Positions 1 through 9,310 of a stretch of DNA of 64,000 nt are shown one piece after another; the stretch's first letter is position 1, and each line of letters starts with the position of its first letter. The position numbers and the translations under genes were made by a program. Under the pieces are notes generated by a model. That model was not told the origin of the DNA, searched no databases, and saw only the letters and a list, made by a program, of their open reading frames with translations. Origin of the DNA: Alphaproteobacteria bacterium (GTDB taxonomy: Bacteria > Pseudomonadota > Alphaproteobacteria > GCA-2731375); the NCBI GenBank assembly GCA_965232515.1, contig CBDDPY010000002.1:6752001-6816000 (forward strand). Direction: 5' to 3'.

Positions 1-561
1 ACCAGCGCGCTGGACGTGATCTCGACCGACCATTGCCCGTTCTGCATGCGCGAGCAGAAGGAATTGGGGCGCGACGATTTCAGCAAGATCCCGAACGGCG
101 GCCCCGGCGTCGAGAACCGCATGAGCCTGATCTACCACCACGGCGTCAATCTCGGGCGGATTTCGCTGAACCGCTTCGTCGAACTGACCTCGACCAAGGC
201 GGCGAAGATCTTCGGCCTGTTCCCCCGCAAGGGCACGATCGCCGTCGGCAGCGATGCCGATATCGTGATCTTCGATCCCGAGCGCGAGGAGACGATCAGC
301 CGCTTCAACGCCCACACCCATCACATGAACATCGACTACAGCGCCTACGAGGGCTTCAAGGTCAAGGGCTTTACCGAGACCGTGCTGTCGCGCGGCAAGA
401 TCGTAATCGACAACGGCAACTATGTCGGCCGCCCGGGCGACGGTTCATTCGTCAAGCGCGGCCCCTACGGCGGCCAATACGCCAACGCGCACGCCCACAT
501 GCGCCGCGATCCGCTCGACCCCGCCCACGGCCTCGGCTCGCCGCGCCATCGGCACAGCTGA
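1..561 (+). CDS. hydA: Dihydropyrimidinase / D-hydantoinase, C-terminal part (5' truncated by window)
   Basis: Motifs STDHCPF, KIPNGGPGVENR and FGLFPRKGTIAVGSDADIVIFDP are typical of dihydropyrimidinase; frame is open from base 1. Confidence 0.9.
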   Translation, partial: TSALDVISTDHCPFCMREQKELGRDDFSKIPNGGPGVENRMSLIYHHGVNLGRISLNRFVELTSTKAAKIFGLFPRKGTIAVGSDADIVIFDPEREETISRFNAHTHHMNIDYSAYEGFKVKGFTETVLSRGKIVIDNGNYVGRPGDGSFVKRGPYGGQYANAHAHMRRDPLDPAHGLGSPRHRHS

Positions 562-587
562 CGCCGCGGACGTTTTATGATGGCGGA

Positions 588-1058
588 TTAGGCCTCGGTC
601 TGCTTCGCCGGGCGGATGATCTTCAAGAGCCAGAAGATGATGCAGAAAATCCCGGTCAGGATGATCAGGGCCACGACCGCGGCGAGGCGCTTGCCGAACT
701 CAGCGTCGAGCGTGTAGCCCGGCTGCAACAGATAGACGCAGAGCACCTGCACCGACTGCAGCGTCGCGCCGCCGCTCAACAGGATGGCGACGAAGGTGGA
801 GCCGCGCAGCGAACTCAGGACCACGGACTCGATGCTGTTCTGCTGCACGATATGCACTCGGTAGGCGTGCCAGTGGTAGGTGCAGAAGCCGATGATGCCG
901 ACGATCAGCGCGACCCAGAAGATCGCGTTGTCGAAGCCGACGCCGTGGATCACGGTGTTGAACAGGTCTTCGAACGGCTTATAGAAGTATAGAAAAATCA
1001 GAACGATGATGAAGACGATGTAGCCGACCAGCGTCCAGAACCACTGCCACCCTGTCAT
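588..1058 (-). CDS. Hypothetical integral membrane protein (about 4 TM)
   Basis: 156-aa ORF with several hydrophobic helices and host-like codon usage. Confidence 0.7.
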   Translation of the reverse strand: MTGWQWFWTLVGYIVFIIVLIFLYFYKPFEDLFNTVIHGVGFDNAIFWVALIVGIIGFCTYHWHAYRVHIVQQNSIESVVLSSLRGSTFVAILLSGGATLQSVQVLCVYLLQPGYTLDAEFGKRLAAVVALIILTGIFCIIFWLLKIIRPAKQTEA

Positions 1059-1156
1059 AGCTTACGACCCACTGTTTTTCTTGGAACCGGTTTGGAAGTT
1101 GGCGCCATCACAGCATTGATTGGTGACGCGCGCCAAGCGCATTCGCGAACCCATGA

Positions 1157-2245
1157 TTACGCCGCCGCTTCCGGGATCGCGACGATCAGCAGGATTCCGA
1201 AAAGGATCATAAAGACCGCGTCCTTGGCGGCGCCGAGGCCGGACCGCTCCGAGCCGGTCGTGGCGATCAGCATGATGATCTCAAGCACAAAGAAGACGAT
1301 GGCCAGGAAGAAGAACGGCCAGATCGTGCTCCACCAGGACAGCCCCTCGGGCGCCGCGACCGACTGCACCAGCCGCCAGATCAGCAGCATGATCGGCAAC
1401 AGGATCATGAACCCATAGGCCAGCAGAAAGCGATATCGGGTGAGCGCGCGGTCCAGCAGCCAGAAGACGACGAAGAACAGCACGATGAACAGCAGATCCA
1501 GAACGAGCGCCGCGTAGTTTTCGCCTGTCGCCGCCTGCGTCAGGTTCAGGTAGCCCAGGATCAGCAGGAACACGAGGCCGTCGCAGAACAGCCATTCGCG
1601 CACCGTTTCGCCGCCGGACTTGACGCTCCAGGCCCGTGTCGCCTTGTCGAACAGCAAGACCAGCGCGACCGCCAGGCTGGCCGGATACACGAGCTGCAGC
1701 ATCAACGTGTATTGCTGCGGTCCGGGCACATAGATCCAGTTCAACAGCAGAAACGCCACGGCCAGCACCAGCAGGCCAATCAGCCGCGCGCCCGACGACG
1801 TGGCGGTCGCCGGCGGCGCGCCGGCTTCGGCGGCCGCAGGTGAGTCGCTCACATTGACGCTGATCGCCCGCGATTGCCTCGGCAGCCGGACGATGGCGAA
1901 AACGAGAAACCCGATCAGGCCCACGATGCCGGCGATGGCCATGACGGTCAGGAAGACGACCGATCGCCTGTCGCCGCGCCAGTCGGCGGCGGCGAGTTGC
2001 GCTTCGGCCGCCGGATAGAACTGCCAGATCAGGATGGCGGCAATGACAATGAGCGCCGCCAGCGCCAGGAGAAACTCGTACCAGTTCGGCGCCGGCGCAA
2101 CCGCCTGCCCATCGGCCGTCGCCGTGGCCGGTCGCCGCGCGTACCGGGTGATCAAATAAATCACGAACGCGCCGATCGCGACCGCGGCGATGGCGATCAT
2201 CACGCCGACGAAATCCAGCGACCTGCTATCCACGTATCGCCCCAC
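1157..2245 (-). CDS. Hypothetical multi-pass membrane protein
   Basis: 362-aa ORF with about 10 hydrophobic segments; same strand as its neighbours. Confidence 0.7.
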   Translation of the reverse strand: MGRYVDSRSLDFVGVMIAIAAVAIGAFVIYLITRYARRPATATADGQAVAPAPNWYEFLLALAALIVIAAILIWQFYPAAEAQLAAADWRGDRRSVVFLTVMAIAGIVGLIGFLVFAIVRLPRQSRAISVNVSDSPAAAEAGAPPATATSSGARLIGLLVLAVAFLLLNWIYVPGPQQYTLMLQLVYPASLAVALVLLFDKATRAWSVKSGGETVREWLFCDGLVFLLILGYLNLTQAATGENYAALVLDLLFIVLFFVVFWLLDRALTRYRFLLAYGFMILLPIMLLIWRLVQSVAAPEGLSWWSTIWPFFFLAIVFFVLEIIMLIATTGSERSGLGAAKDAVFMILFGILLIVAIPEAAA

Positions 2246-2317
2246 CCCACAACAACAAGATTCGGGTTACGCGGCAGGCCCGCCGTCGGGTGGCGGCGGT
2301 CTGCCCGATCCCGTCAT

Positions 2318-3004
2318 TCACAACGCGTTTCGCAGTTCCAGTCCGTCGAGATAGCTCAGCACGCGGTCCAGCGGCTCGACGTCGCCGAACTTGGCGTCGA
2401 TATCGAACAGGTTCCATTCGACCACGCCCGCGACCCGGTCGCCGACCGCCTCGCGCACGACGATGGGCCGGAAGCCCTCGGCGATGGCGTCCTCGACCGT
2501 ATTGCGCACGCAGGCCGCCATGGTCACGCCCGTGACGATCACCGTGTCGACCTGGGCCGCGCGCAGGAAACCGGCCAGCGGCGTGCCGTGGAAGGCCGAA
2601 GCCCGCTTCTTGACGATGACCTGCTCGTCCGCCTCAGGCGCGATGCGGTCATCGATGGCCACTGCCTCCGAACCCAGCTTCAGCAGCTCGGCCGGGATCT
2701 TCTTGTGCCACAGTCCCATGTCCGTGTTCGGGCCCTCGGTCACGGCATAGGCCGTGGTCGTGTAGACGATCGGAATGCGTTTCGCGCGCGATGCCGCCAG
2801 CAACTGCTGCACGCTCGGGATAATCACATCCATATCGTCGCACGAGAACGCGTGTCCCGGCCGCGTCCACGCGTTGGCGAGGTCGATATTGATCAGTGCC
2901 GGCCGCTCACCGAAGCCGACACGACGTTGAAAGCCGCGATCCTGATACAGCGCGGAATCGGCGGCAAAGACCTTTTCCAAGGCTTCTTTGAGTTCGTCGG
3001 TCAT
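2318..3004 (-). CDS. Isochorismatase-family cysteine hydrolase (N-carbamoylsarcosine amidase / maleamate amidohydrolase-like)
   Basis: GFGERPALINID, KKRASAF and TGVTMAACVRNT give the Asp-Lys-Cys triad; ends LFDIDAKFGDV. Confidence 0.9.
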   Translation of the reverse strand: MTDELKEALEKVFAADSALYQDRGFQRRVGFGERPALINIDLANAWTRPGHAFSCDDMDVIIPSVQQLLAASRAKRIPIVYTTTAYAVTEGPNTDMGLWHKKIPAELLKLGSEAVAIDDRIAPEADEQVIVKKRASAFHGTPLAGFLRAAQVDTVIVTGVTMAACVRNTVEDAIAEGFRPIVVREAVGDRVAGVVEWNLFDIDAKFGDVEPLDRVLSYLDGLELRNAL

Positions 3005-3139
3005 TGTGGGCAGATGCTAGCACCCGCCAAAATGACTGTCGATGCAGGGCGGTGCGGGAAAATTGACACTCCGACCGGCAGCCCGCAACATGATCGGGGC
3101 GACCAACCAGCGACAGCGGACGCAAAGGAGCATCGACCG

Positions 3140-4039
3140 ATGCAGGCAGATCAGGAGGTCGAGGGTGCGACCATCCGCCCCCTGACACCGGCTGTCGGGG
3201 CCGAGATTTCGGGCGTCGATCTCGCCAATCTGACCGACCGGCAATTCGCGCTGATCTCCGATGCGTTCGACCGCTATGCCGGCCTGTTGTTCCGGGATCA
3301 GAAGCTGTCGCCGGACGATCTGGTGGCGTTCAGCCGGCGCTGGGGCGAGCTCGACGTGGCGCCGGTCATGGAGAACGGGCGGACCGCCGTGCCGGGTTAT
3401 CCCGAGATCTACATCGTGTCGAACGTCAAGGACGCGGACGGCAAACCGATCGGCAGCCTGGGCGCGGGCGAGGCCGTCTGGCACACAGACATGTCCTACC
3501 TGCCGAGCCCGCCCTATGCGTCCATGCTCTATGCCCTCGAGGTGCCGCCGTCGGGTGGCGACACCTCGCTCTGCGGCATGAAGGCCGCCTATGACAGCCT
3601 GCCGACCGAGCTGCGCGAACGCATCGCCGGCCTGGAGATCAAGCATGACGGCACCTACAACTCGGGCGGCTACCTGCGCGAGGGGGTGACCGCCAGCGAC
3701 GATCCCGTGAACTCGGTGGGACAGGTGCATCCCGCGGTCTGCCGACACCCGGCCACGGGCGACGCGCTGCTCTATCTCGGTCGCCGCCGCAACGCCTACG
3801 TCATGGGCCTTGGCCTCGAGGAGTCGGAAGGTCTGCTCGACGAATTGTGGGACTATGCGGTGCGGCCGGAACACACCTATACGCACCATTGGCGGGTCGG
3901 CGACGTTCTGCTCTGGGACAACCGCGCGACGATGCACCGCCGCGACCCCTTCGACGCGACGACGCGACGCCTGATGCAACGTACCCAGATCAAGGGCCAG
4001 TCGCAGCCGCGCGCCGCGGTCGATGCCGGCGCGAGCTGA
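3140..4039 (+). CDS. TauD/TfdA family Fe(II)/2-oxoglutarate dioxygenase
   Basis: PLTPAVGAEISGVDL, WHTD and WDNRATMHRR motifs; RBS AAGGAG before ATG 3140 (ORF-track start 1874 is an upstream extension). Confidence 0.9.
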   Translation: MQADQEVEGATIRPLTPAVGAEISGVDLANLTDRQFALISDAFDRYAGLLFRDQKLSPDDLVAFSRRWGELDVAPVMENGRTAVPGYPEIYIVSNVKDADGKPIGSLGAGEAVWHTDMSYLPSPPYASMLYALEVPPSGGDTSLCGMKAAYDSLPTELRERIAGLEIKHDGTYNSGGYLREGVTASDDPVNSVGQVHPAVCRHPATGDALLYLGRRRNAYVMGLGLEESEGLLDELWDYAVRPEHTYTHHWRVGDVLLWDNRATMHRRDPFDATTRRLMQRTQIKGQSQPRAAVDAGAS

Positions 4040-4781
4040 CGCGGGCATCGGACGACGGCGGACCTCTGCCAGCCGATGGGTCTGGCTGGGTGTCGTTCTC
4101 GCTGTCCTGGCGGGCGCGCCGCTGCGGGCGGAGACGCCGGTCGATCTTGAGCTGATCCTCGCCGTCGATGCCTCCGGCAGTGTCGACCCGCGCGAATACG
4201 CCCTGCAGATGTCGGGCATCGCATCGGCGTTTCGCGACGACGAGGTGATTGCCGCAATTCAGTCGGGTCCGTTGGCGCGCATCGGCGTCGCGGTCGTGAT
4301 CTGGTCGGAGTCGCGCCGGCCGAAAGACCTGATCCCTTGGCAGGTCGTGTCGGACCGGGCGTCGGCGGCCGTCTTCGCCCACACCGTCGAGACCCACCCG
4401 CGCAACATCCCGGACGGCGGCACGGGTATCGGCCGTGCCGTGCTCTACGCCATCAGCCTGTTCGACCGCAACGCGCTCACGAGTTCCCGGCACGTCATCG
4501 ACGTGTCCGGCGACGGGCGTGAGACGACTTTTCGCGAGTATAGCGTGCCGCCGGCCCAGGCTCGCGCCCGTGCGATCTCCCGCGGAATCACCGTCAACGG
4601 CCTGGCGATCCTCACCGACGATTCCGAGCTCACCGAGTATTACCGTCGTGAGGTCGTCGGCGGTACCGACGCGTTTGCCATGTCGGCCGCGTCCTACGAC
4701 GACTTCGCCACGGCCATGCGCCGCAAGCTGATCCGTGAGATCGATTACCGGCCGATCATCAGCCGGCTCTCGCCGCGATAG
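4023..4781 (+). CDS. DUF1194 (vWA-like) exported protein
   Basis: Signal peptide then VDLELILAVDASGSVD, IDVSGDG, ITVNGLAI and RRKLIREI. Confidence 0.85.
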   Translation: MPARADAGIGRRRTSASRWVWLGVVLAVLAGAPLRAETPVDLELILAVDASGSVDPREYALQMSGIASAFRDDEVIAAIQSGPLARIGVAVVIWSESRRPKDLIPWQVVSDRASAAVFAHTVETHPRNIPDGGTGIGRAVLYAISLFDRNALTSSRHVIDVSGDGRETTFREYSVPPAQARARAISRGITVNGLAILTDDSELTEYYRREVVGGTDAFAMSAASYDDFATAMRRKLIREIDYRPIISRLSPR

Positions 4782-4794
4782 TGCTGTCGTCGTT

Positions 4795-5538
4795 TCACCG
4801 ATAGTCGGGATTCGGATAATCGAAGCGGCAGCCGGCTTCCCACATCGAGCGCTGGTTGCCGTGCGCCGGCACACCGCCAGCGTCCTTCAGCATGCGGGCA
4901 AGGTGCAACAGGTTCCAGGTCATGAAAGTCGTGTTGCGGTTGGTGAAATCGTTCTCCGGACCGCCCGAGCCGTCGTCCAGATAGGACGGGCCGGGGCCGG
5001 CCTCGCCGATCCAGCCGGCGTCGACCTGCGGCGGGATCACGTAGCCCAGATGCTGCAGCGAGAACAGGATGTTCATGGCGCAATGCTTGACGCCGTCCTC
5101 GTTGCCCGTGACCAGACAGCCGCCGACCCGGCCGTAATAGGCGTATTGGCCGGCCTCGTTCAGATCGCCTGAGGTCGAATAGAGCCGCTCGATCACCTTG
5201 GTGCAGACGGACGATTTCTCGCCCAGCCAGATCGGCGTCGTCACGACCAGAATGTCGGCGGCCTTGACCTTCTCGTAGATCCCGGGCCAGTCGTCGTCGT
5301 CCCAGCCATGCTCGCGCATGTCGCCGTAGACGCCATAGGCGATGTCGTGGTCGACCGGCCGCAGCACCTCAACGCTGACGCCGTTCTTTTCCATGATCGC
5401 CCTCGCGATATCGATCAGGCCTTGCGTGTGCGAGACCTCGGGGCTGCGCTTCAGCGTGCAGTTCAGGAACAGCGCCTTGAGGTCGGAGAAATCCCACTGG
5501 CTGGTCTCGCACCACTTCTCCTGCAGTTCGTTCAACAT
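4795..5538 (-). CDS. Flavodoxin family / NAD(P)H-dependent FMN reductase
   Basis: LNCTLKRSPEVSHT, ADILVVTTPIWLG and TGNEDGVKHC; RBS AAAGGA before ATG 5538. Confidence 0.85.
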   Translation of the reverse strand: MLNELQEKWCETSQWDFSDLKALFLNCTLKRSPEVSHTQGLIDIARAIMEKNGVSVEVLRPVDHDIAYGVYGDMREHGWDDDDWPGIYEKVKAADILVVTTPIWLGEKSSVCTKVIERLYSTSGDLNEAGQYAYYGRVGGCLVTGNEDGVKHCAMNILFSLQHLGYVIPPQVDAGWIGEAGPGPSYLDDGSGGPENDFTNRNTTFMTWNLLHLARMLKDAGGVPAHGNQRSMWEAGCRFDYPNPDYR

Positions 5539-5552
5539 CTCTTGTCCTTTCG

Positions 5553-6845
5553 TCAGGTGGTTGTCGTCGGCTCGTTCGGTTGCGCCACCATGCCGGTGCG
5601 GATCGGCAGCTCGCTCACCGCTTTCGTTTCCTCGCATTCGCCGAACAGTTCGGTCATCCGGCCATAGGCGCGGGCGAGCGGCGCGGCGCTGATGCCGTGC
5701 AGCAGCGCGCTCAGGCCGACGGTGACGATCACCGCGGCCAGGATCTCGTCGCCATGTGCGATCTCGGCCGTCTCCACGATCAGCAGCGCGAACAGAATGG
5801 AAGCGAGGCCGCGCGGACCGAACCAGCCAAGGAAGGCCATGGTCGGCAGACGCACGCCGGTGCCGATCAGCGAGATGGCGATCGGCAGCATGCGGATCAC
5901 GGTCAGGCTGAGGGCGGCATACAGCACAAAGGTCCAGTTCAGGTGCGCCAACCCTTCCGGCAGCATCGCCGCGCCGAAGATCAGGAACGTCAGCAGCATC
6001 AGCAATTGCCCCTGCGTCTCCATGAACTCGAACAGGAAGGTGCAGGGATGGGTCACCGCGTTGCCGAACATGAGGCCGGCGGTGAACGCGGCGATGAAGC
6101 CATTGCCGCCGATCGCTTCGGCCGCCACGAAACCGAGCACGGCCAGCGCCAGCACGCCGATGCCTTCGAATGCCTCGGTCATCCAGCCCTTGTCGGCGGC
6201 CGTATCGACAAGGCGGGCGCCGACATAGCCCAGCATGATGCCGGCGACCGGTCCAAGCGTGACCTGCAAGGCGCCGAAGGTCAGCCAGTCCGTCGCATCT
6301 CTGGCGTCCGCGCCGGCGGTGCCGGCGAGCGCGGCCAGCAGCAATACAGCGGGCAGGGCGATGCCGTCGTTCAGCCCGCTTTCGACATTTAACGCCTGCC
6401 GGATGCGGACGGGTACCGACCGGTCAGAGACCACGGCCTGGCCCAGCGCCGCGTCAGTCGGCGCCAGAATGGCGGCCAGCAGCGCCGCTTCCCAAATGGA
6501 GAAGTCGGGGAACAGGTACGCCGCCACGCCGGTGCCGGCGAGGATCACCAGCGGCAGGCCGACGATCAGCATTCGCTGCGGCAGATTATGGTCGCGCCGC
6601 AGCAGGCCGAGATCTATCCGCGCGGCATCGGCGAACAGCACTAGGATCAGCGTCAGTTCGGCGATCAGATGGATCAGGCCGTGACCGATATCGATATGCG
6701 CGACGTCGAAGCCGCCGGGCCCGATGGCCAGGCCGAACAGCACGAAGACCAGCGGCGGCGTAACGATCGTGCCGTCGAGCTTCTTCGAAACCAGACCGAA
6801 GGCGATTACGCCGGCACAGATAATGATAGTGCCGTGAAGATCCAT
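5553..6845 (-). CDS. Cation:proton antiporter (CPA1, NhaP-like)
   Basis: LAPTDAALG, NVESGLNDG and GWFGPRGLASI motifs; many TM helices. Confidence 0.9.
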   Translation of the reverse strand: MDLHGTIIICAGVIAFGLVSKKLDGTIVTPPLVFVLFGLAIGPGGFDVAHIDIGHGLIHLIAELTLILVLFADAARIDLGLLRRDHNLPQRMLIVGLPLVILAGTGVAAYLFPDFSIWEAALLAAILAPTDAALGQAVVSDRSVPVRIRQALNVESGLNDGIALPAVLLLAALAGTAGADARDATDWLTFGALQVTLGPVAGIMLGYVGARLVDTAADKGWMTEAFEGIGVLALAVLGFVAAEAIGGNGFIAAFTAGLMFGNAVTHPCTFLFEFMETQGQLLMLLTFLIFGAAMLPEGLAHLNWTFVLYAALSLTVIRMLPIAISLIGTGVRLPTMAFLGWFGPRGLASILFALLIVETAEIAHGDEILAAVIVTVGLSALLHGISAAPLARAYGRMTELFGECEETKAVSELPIRTGMVAQPNEPTTTT

Positions 6846-6898
6846 TGCGTCCCCATGCCAATGCCCATCGACCGCGCCCCCGAGGCAACGGCGGCGTT

Positions 6899-6928
6899 TT
6901 TGATGAAGCGCATGATCACAAGGTTACA
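6899..6928 (-). promoter_or_regulatory. Putative ECF sigma promoter (TGTAACC-N16-CATCAAA) facing the antiporter-flavodoxin operon
   Basis: Minus strand reads TGTAACC, 16 nt, CATCAAA; it lies next to a divergent ECF sigma gene. Confidence 0.35.
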
Positions 6929-6994
6929 GTCGGCCGACCCAGAGTGTAGGGTGGAGCCGCGTCGGGTTGGAATCAGGTTGGACTGGCAGCAGGC

Positions 6995-7597
6995 GTGCGC
7001 GGGGGACAGGGGGACAACGATCGAGAATTGATCGACGGCCTGCGCGCCGGCAGTGAACGACATGCCGAGCAGCTGGTCCGCACTCATGCCGGCTGGATGC
7101 GGTCGCTGGTCCGGCGGATCCTGCGCGACGACGCCCTTGCCGACGACTGCGTGCAGGAAGCCTTTCTCAAGGCGTTCCGCAACATCGATGGCTTTGAGGG
7201 CCGATCGAGCCTGAAGACCTGGCTGCATCGCATCACCGTCAACGAAGCACTGATGAAGCTGCGGTCCTTGAAGCGCCTGGACGAACGGCCGATCGACGAC
7301 CTGCTGCCGGAATTCGATGCGAACGCCTGCCGCATCGAGATGCCGTGGACACGCCTGGCGACGACAGAAGAGATCGTCGAGCGCGAGAGCACGCGGGCGC
7401 TGGTGCTGTCAAAAATCGGTGAACTGCCGGACAGCTATCGTATCATTCTGCAATTGCGTGACATCGAAGAGCTGACGACGTCAGAGGTCGCTGAGATGTT
7501 GGGTATCAGCGAGGCCAACGTGAAGGTGCGCCTGCATCGGGCGCGGTCCGCGTTGAAGAATATCCTGGAACCGTTGCTGCGGGGAGAGGCGCTATGA
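6995..7597 (+). CDS. ECF RNA polymerase sigma factor
   Basis: Region 2 (DCVQEAFLKAF, FEGRSSLKTWLHRITVN) and region 4 (EVAEMLGISEANVKVRLHRAR). Confidence 0.92.
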   Translation: MRGGQGDNDRELIDGLRAGSERHAEQLVRTHAGWMRSLVRRILRDDALADDCVQEAFLKAFRNIDGFEGRSSLKTWLHRITVNEALMKLRSLKRLDERPIDDLLPEFDANACRIEMPWTRLATTEEIVERESTRALVLSKIGELPDSYRIILQLRDIEELTTSEVAEMLGISEANVKVRLHRARSALKNILEPLLRGEAL

Positions 7598-7905
7598 GCC
7601 GCGCGCGGCCGTTCAGCCTGTGGCGGTTGATGAAGGGCCTGATGCTTCGGCATATGCCGGCCATGATCACCTGCCAGGAGTTCGAGGACTTCATCCTCGA
7701 CTATCTGGAAGGTCAGTTGCCGGCAAGCCAACGCCGCGTCTTCGCGTTCCACCTGAAGATCTGCCGCGAATGCCGGGACTATCTGGCCGCGTACCGGCGC
7801 ACGGCCGAAGTCGGCAAGGCCGCGTTCGACGAACCGACCGCGCCCGTCCCCGACGACGTGCCGGAAGATCTGGTCAAGGCCATCCTCGACGCCCGCCGGG
7901 CCTGA
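7594..7905 (+). CDS. Zinc-binding anti-sigma factor (zf-HC2)
   Basis: TCQEF...HLKICREC (Hx3Cx2C); ATGA overlap with the sigma gene. Confidence 0.88.
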   Translation: MSRARPFSLWRLMKGLMLRHMPAMITCQEFEDFILDYLEGQLPASQRRVFAFHLKICRECRDYLAAYRRTAEVGKAAFDEPTAPVPDDVPEDLVKAILDARRA

Positions 7906-7952
7906 CCGACCGCCGCGTCACTTGCGGATTGCGGTTCAACCAAGAGCAAGCC

Positions 7953-8456
7953 ATGACCGACGCCGCGCGTTTCAGGATCGTCCACTTGATGGAACGGCCG
8001 CAGGCCGCGGCAACGCTCGAGCGTTGGTTCATCGAAGAATGGACGCCTTGGTATGGCCCCGACGGGCAGGGCGATGCGGCAGCCGATCTTGCCGCCTGCG
8101 CCGCCCGGGACACGCTGCCGATCTGCCTCGTCGCAGTCGGCCGCGGTGGCGACGTGCTCGGCACGGCTGCCCTCAAGGCCGAGTCGGTCGGCAGCGACAG
8201 CGCGCCCGGCCCCTGGCTCGCGGCGCTCCTGGTGGGTCGACCGTATCGTGGACGCGGCGTTGCAACGGCGCTGGTGGCGTCGATCGCGGTCGAGGCGCGG
8301 CGACTGGGCTTTGACGCGATCTACACCTCGACCGACAGCGCGGCTGATATCATGCAACGCCAAGGCTGGCAGGCTTGCGGCGAAGCCGAGTCGCTCAGAG
8401 GGACGATCAGCGTATTTCGCCGCGATCTAGGTACTTGGTCGGCTTCCGGTGCTTGA
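7953..8456 (+). CDS. GNAT family N-acetyltransferase
   Basis: PWLAALLV...YRGRGVATALV acetyl-CoA binding motif. Confidence 0.8.
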   Translation: MTDAARFRIVHLMERPQAAATLERWFIEEWTPWYGPDGQGDAAADLAACAARDTLPICLVAVGRGGDVLGTAALKAESVGSDSAPGPWLAALLVGRPYRGRGVATALVASIAVEARRLGFDAIYTSTDSAADIMQRQGWQACGEAESLRGTISVFRRDLGTWSASGA

Positions 8457-8514
8457 ATCCGGTGGCGATGCTGTATCCTGTCGGCCCCATATCCAGGCAC
8501 AGACGAGGTAAGAG

Positions 8515-9147
8515 ATGGCAGAGATCGAGTACTTCTATTCCGCCCATTCGGCCTTTGCCTATCTCGGCTCGGCCCGGTTCATGGCGATCGCCGAGGCGGC
8601 CGGCCGCACAATCGTGCATCGGCCATACGATCTGCGCCAAGGAGTCGCCGAATGCGGCTCGGTACCGTTCGGCAAACGCACGCCGGCGCATATCGACTAT
8701 TTCTTCGGCCGCGAGATCGTGCGCTGGGGCGAAATCCGCGGCGCGGCGCTGATGGACGGCATGCCCACCCATCACATGAAGGACATGACCTTGCCGAACG
8801 CCGTGTTGATTGCGGCCATTCAACAGGGACTGAACGTTGATCGGCTGGCCCACGTGATGCTGGAGTCGCACTGGCGCGACGATGCCGATCTGGTCGACGA
8901 GCCGACGCTCTCGCGGCTCTGCCGGGAATGTGATATCGACCCGGCGCCGTTGCTCGAAGCCGCTGGTACGCCCGAGATCCTCGCCATCTATGCGGCGAAC
9001 ACCGAGGAAGCGATCGCCCGCTCGGTCTTCGGCTCGCCGACCTATTTCGTGGATGGCGACATGTTCTACGGTCAGGACCGGCTGGAGATGGTCGAGCGCG
9101 CCCTGCATCAGCCGTTTGCCGGAACCTGGCCGCCGGCGGCCGCCTGA
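8515..9147 (+). CDS. 2-hydroxychromene-2-carboxylate isomerase / DsbA-like (GST kappa) protein
   Basis: IEYFYSAHSAFAYLG and VFGSPTYFVDGDMFYGQDRL. Confidence 0.88.
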   Translation: MAEIEYFYSAHSAFAYLGSARFMAIAEAAGRTIVHRPYDLRQGVAECGSVPFGKRTPAHIDYFFGREIVRWGEIRGAALMDGMPTHHMKDMTLPNAVLIAAIQQGLNVDRLAHVMLESHWRDDADLVDEPTLSRLCRECDIDPAPLLEAAGTPEILAIYAANTEEAIARSVFGSPTYFVDGDMFYGQDRLEMVERALHQPFAGTWPPAAA

Positions 9148-9310
9148 ACGGCACGCGCCAATTTTCTTTACGCGGCCTGGAGCGGGGCTGGTAGAATAGC
9201 GCTACCGGATGCCGCCCACCGGCAGGTGTGGCGGTTTCGTCCGGTGGAATTCGCCATCAAGAACAGATCCCATGCATGGGCCTCGATCCGAGTCGCCGGG
9301 CGGCGTCTCC

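Noticed and set aside
1874-3139. N-terminal extension of the 721-aa ORF
   Set aside because: It is antisense to real minus-strand genes; TauD starts at 3140 after a good RBS
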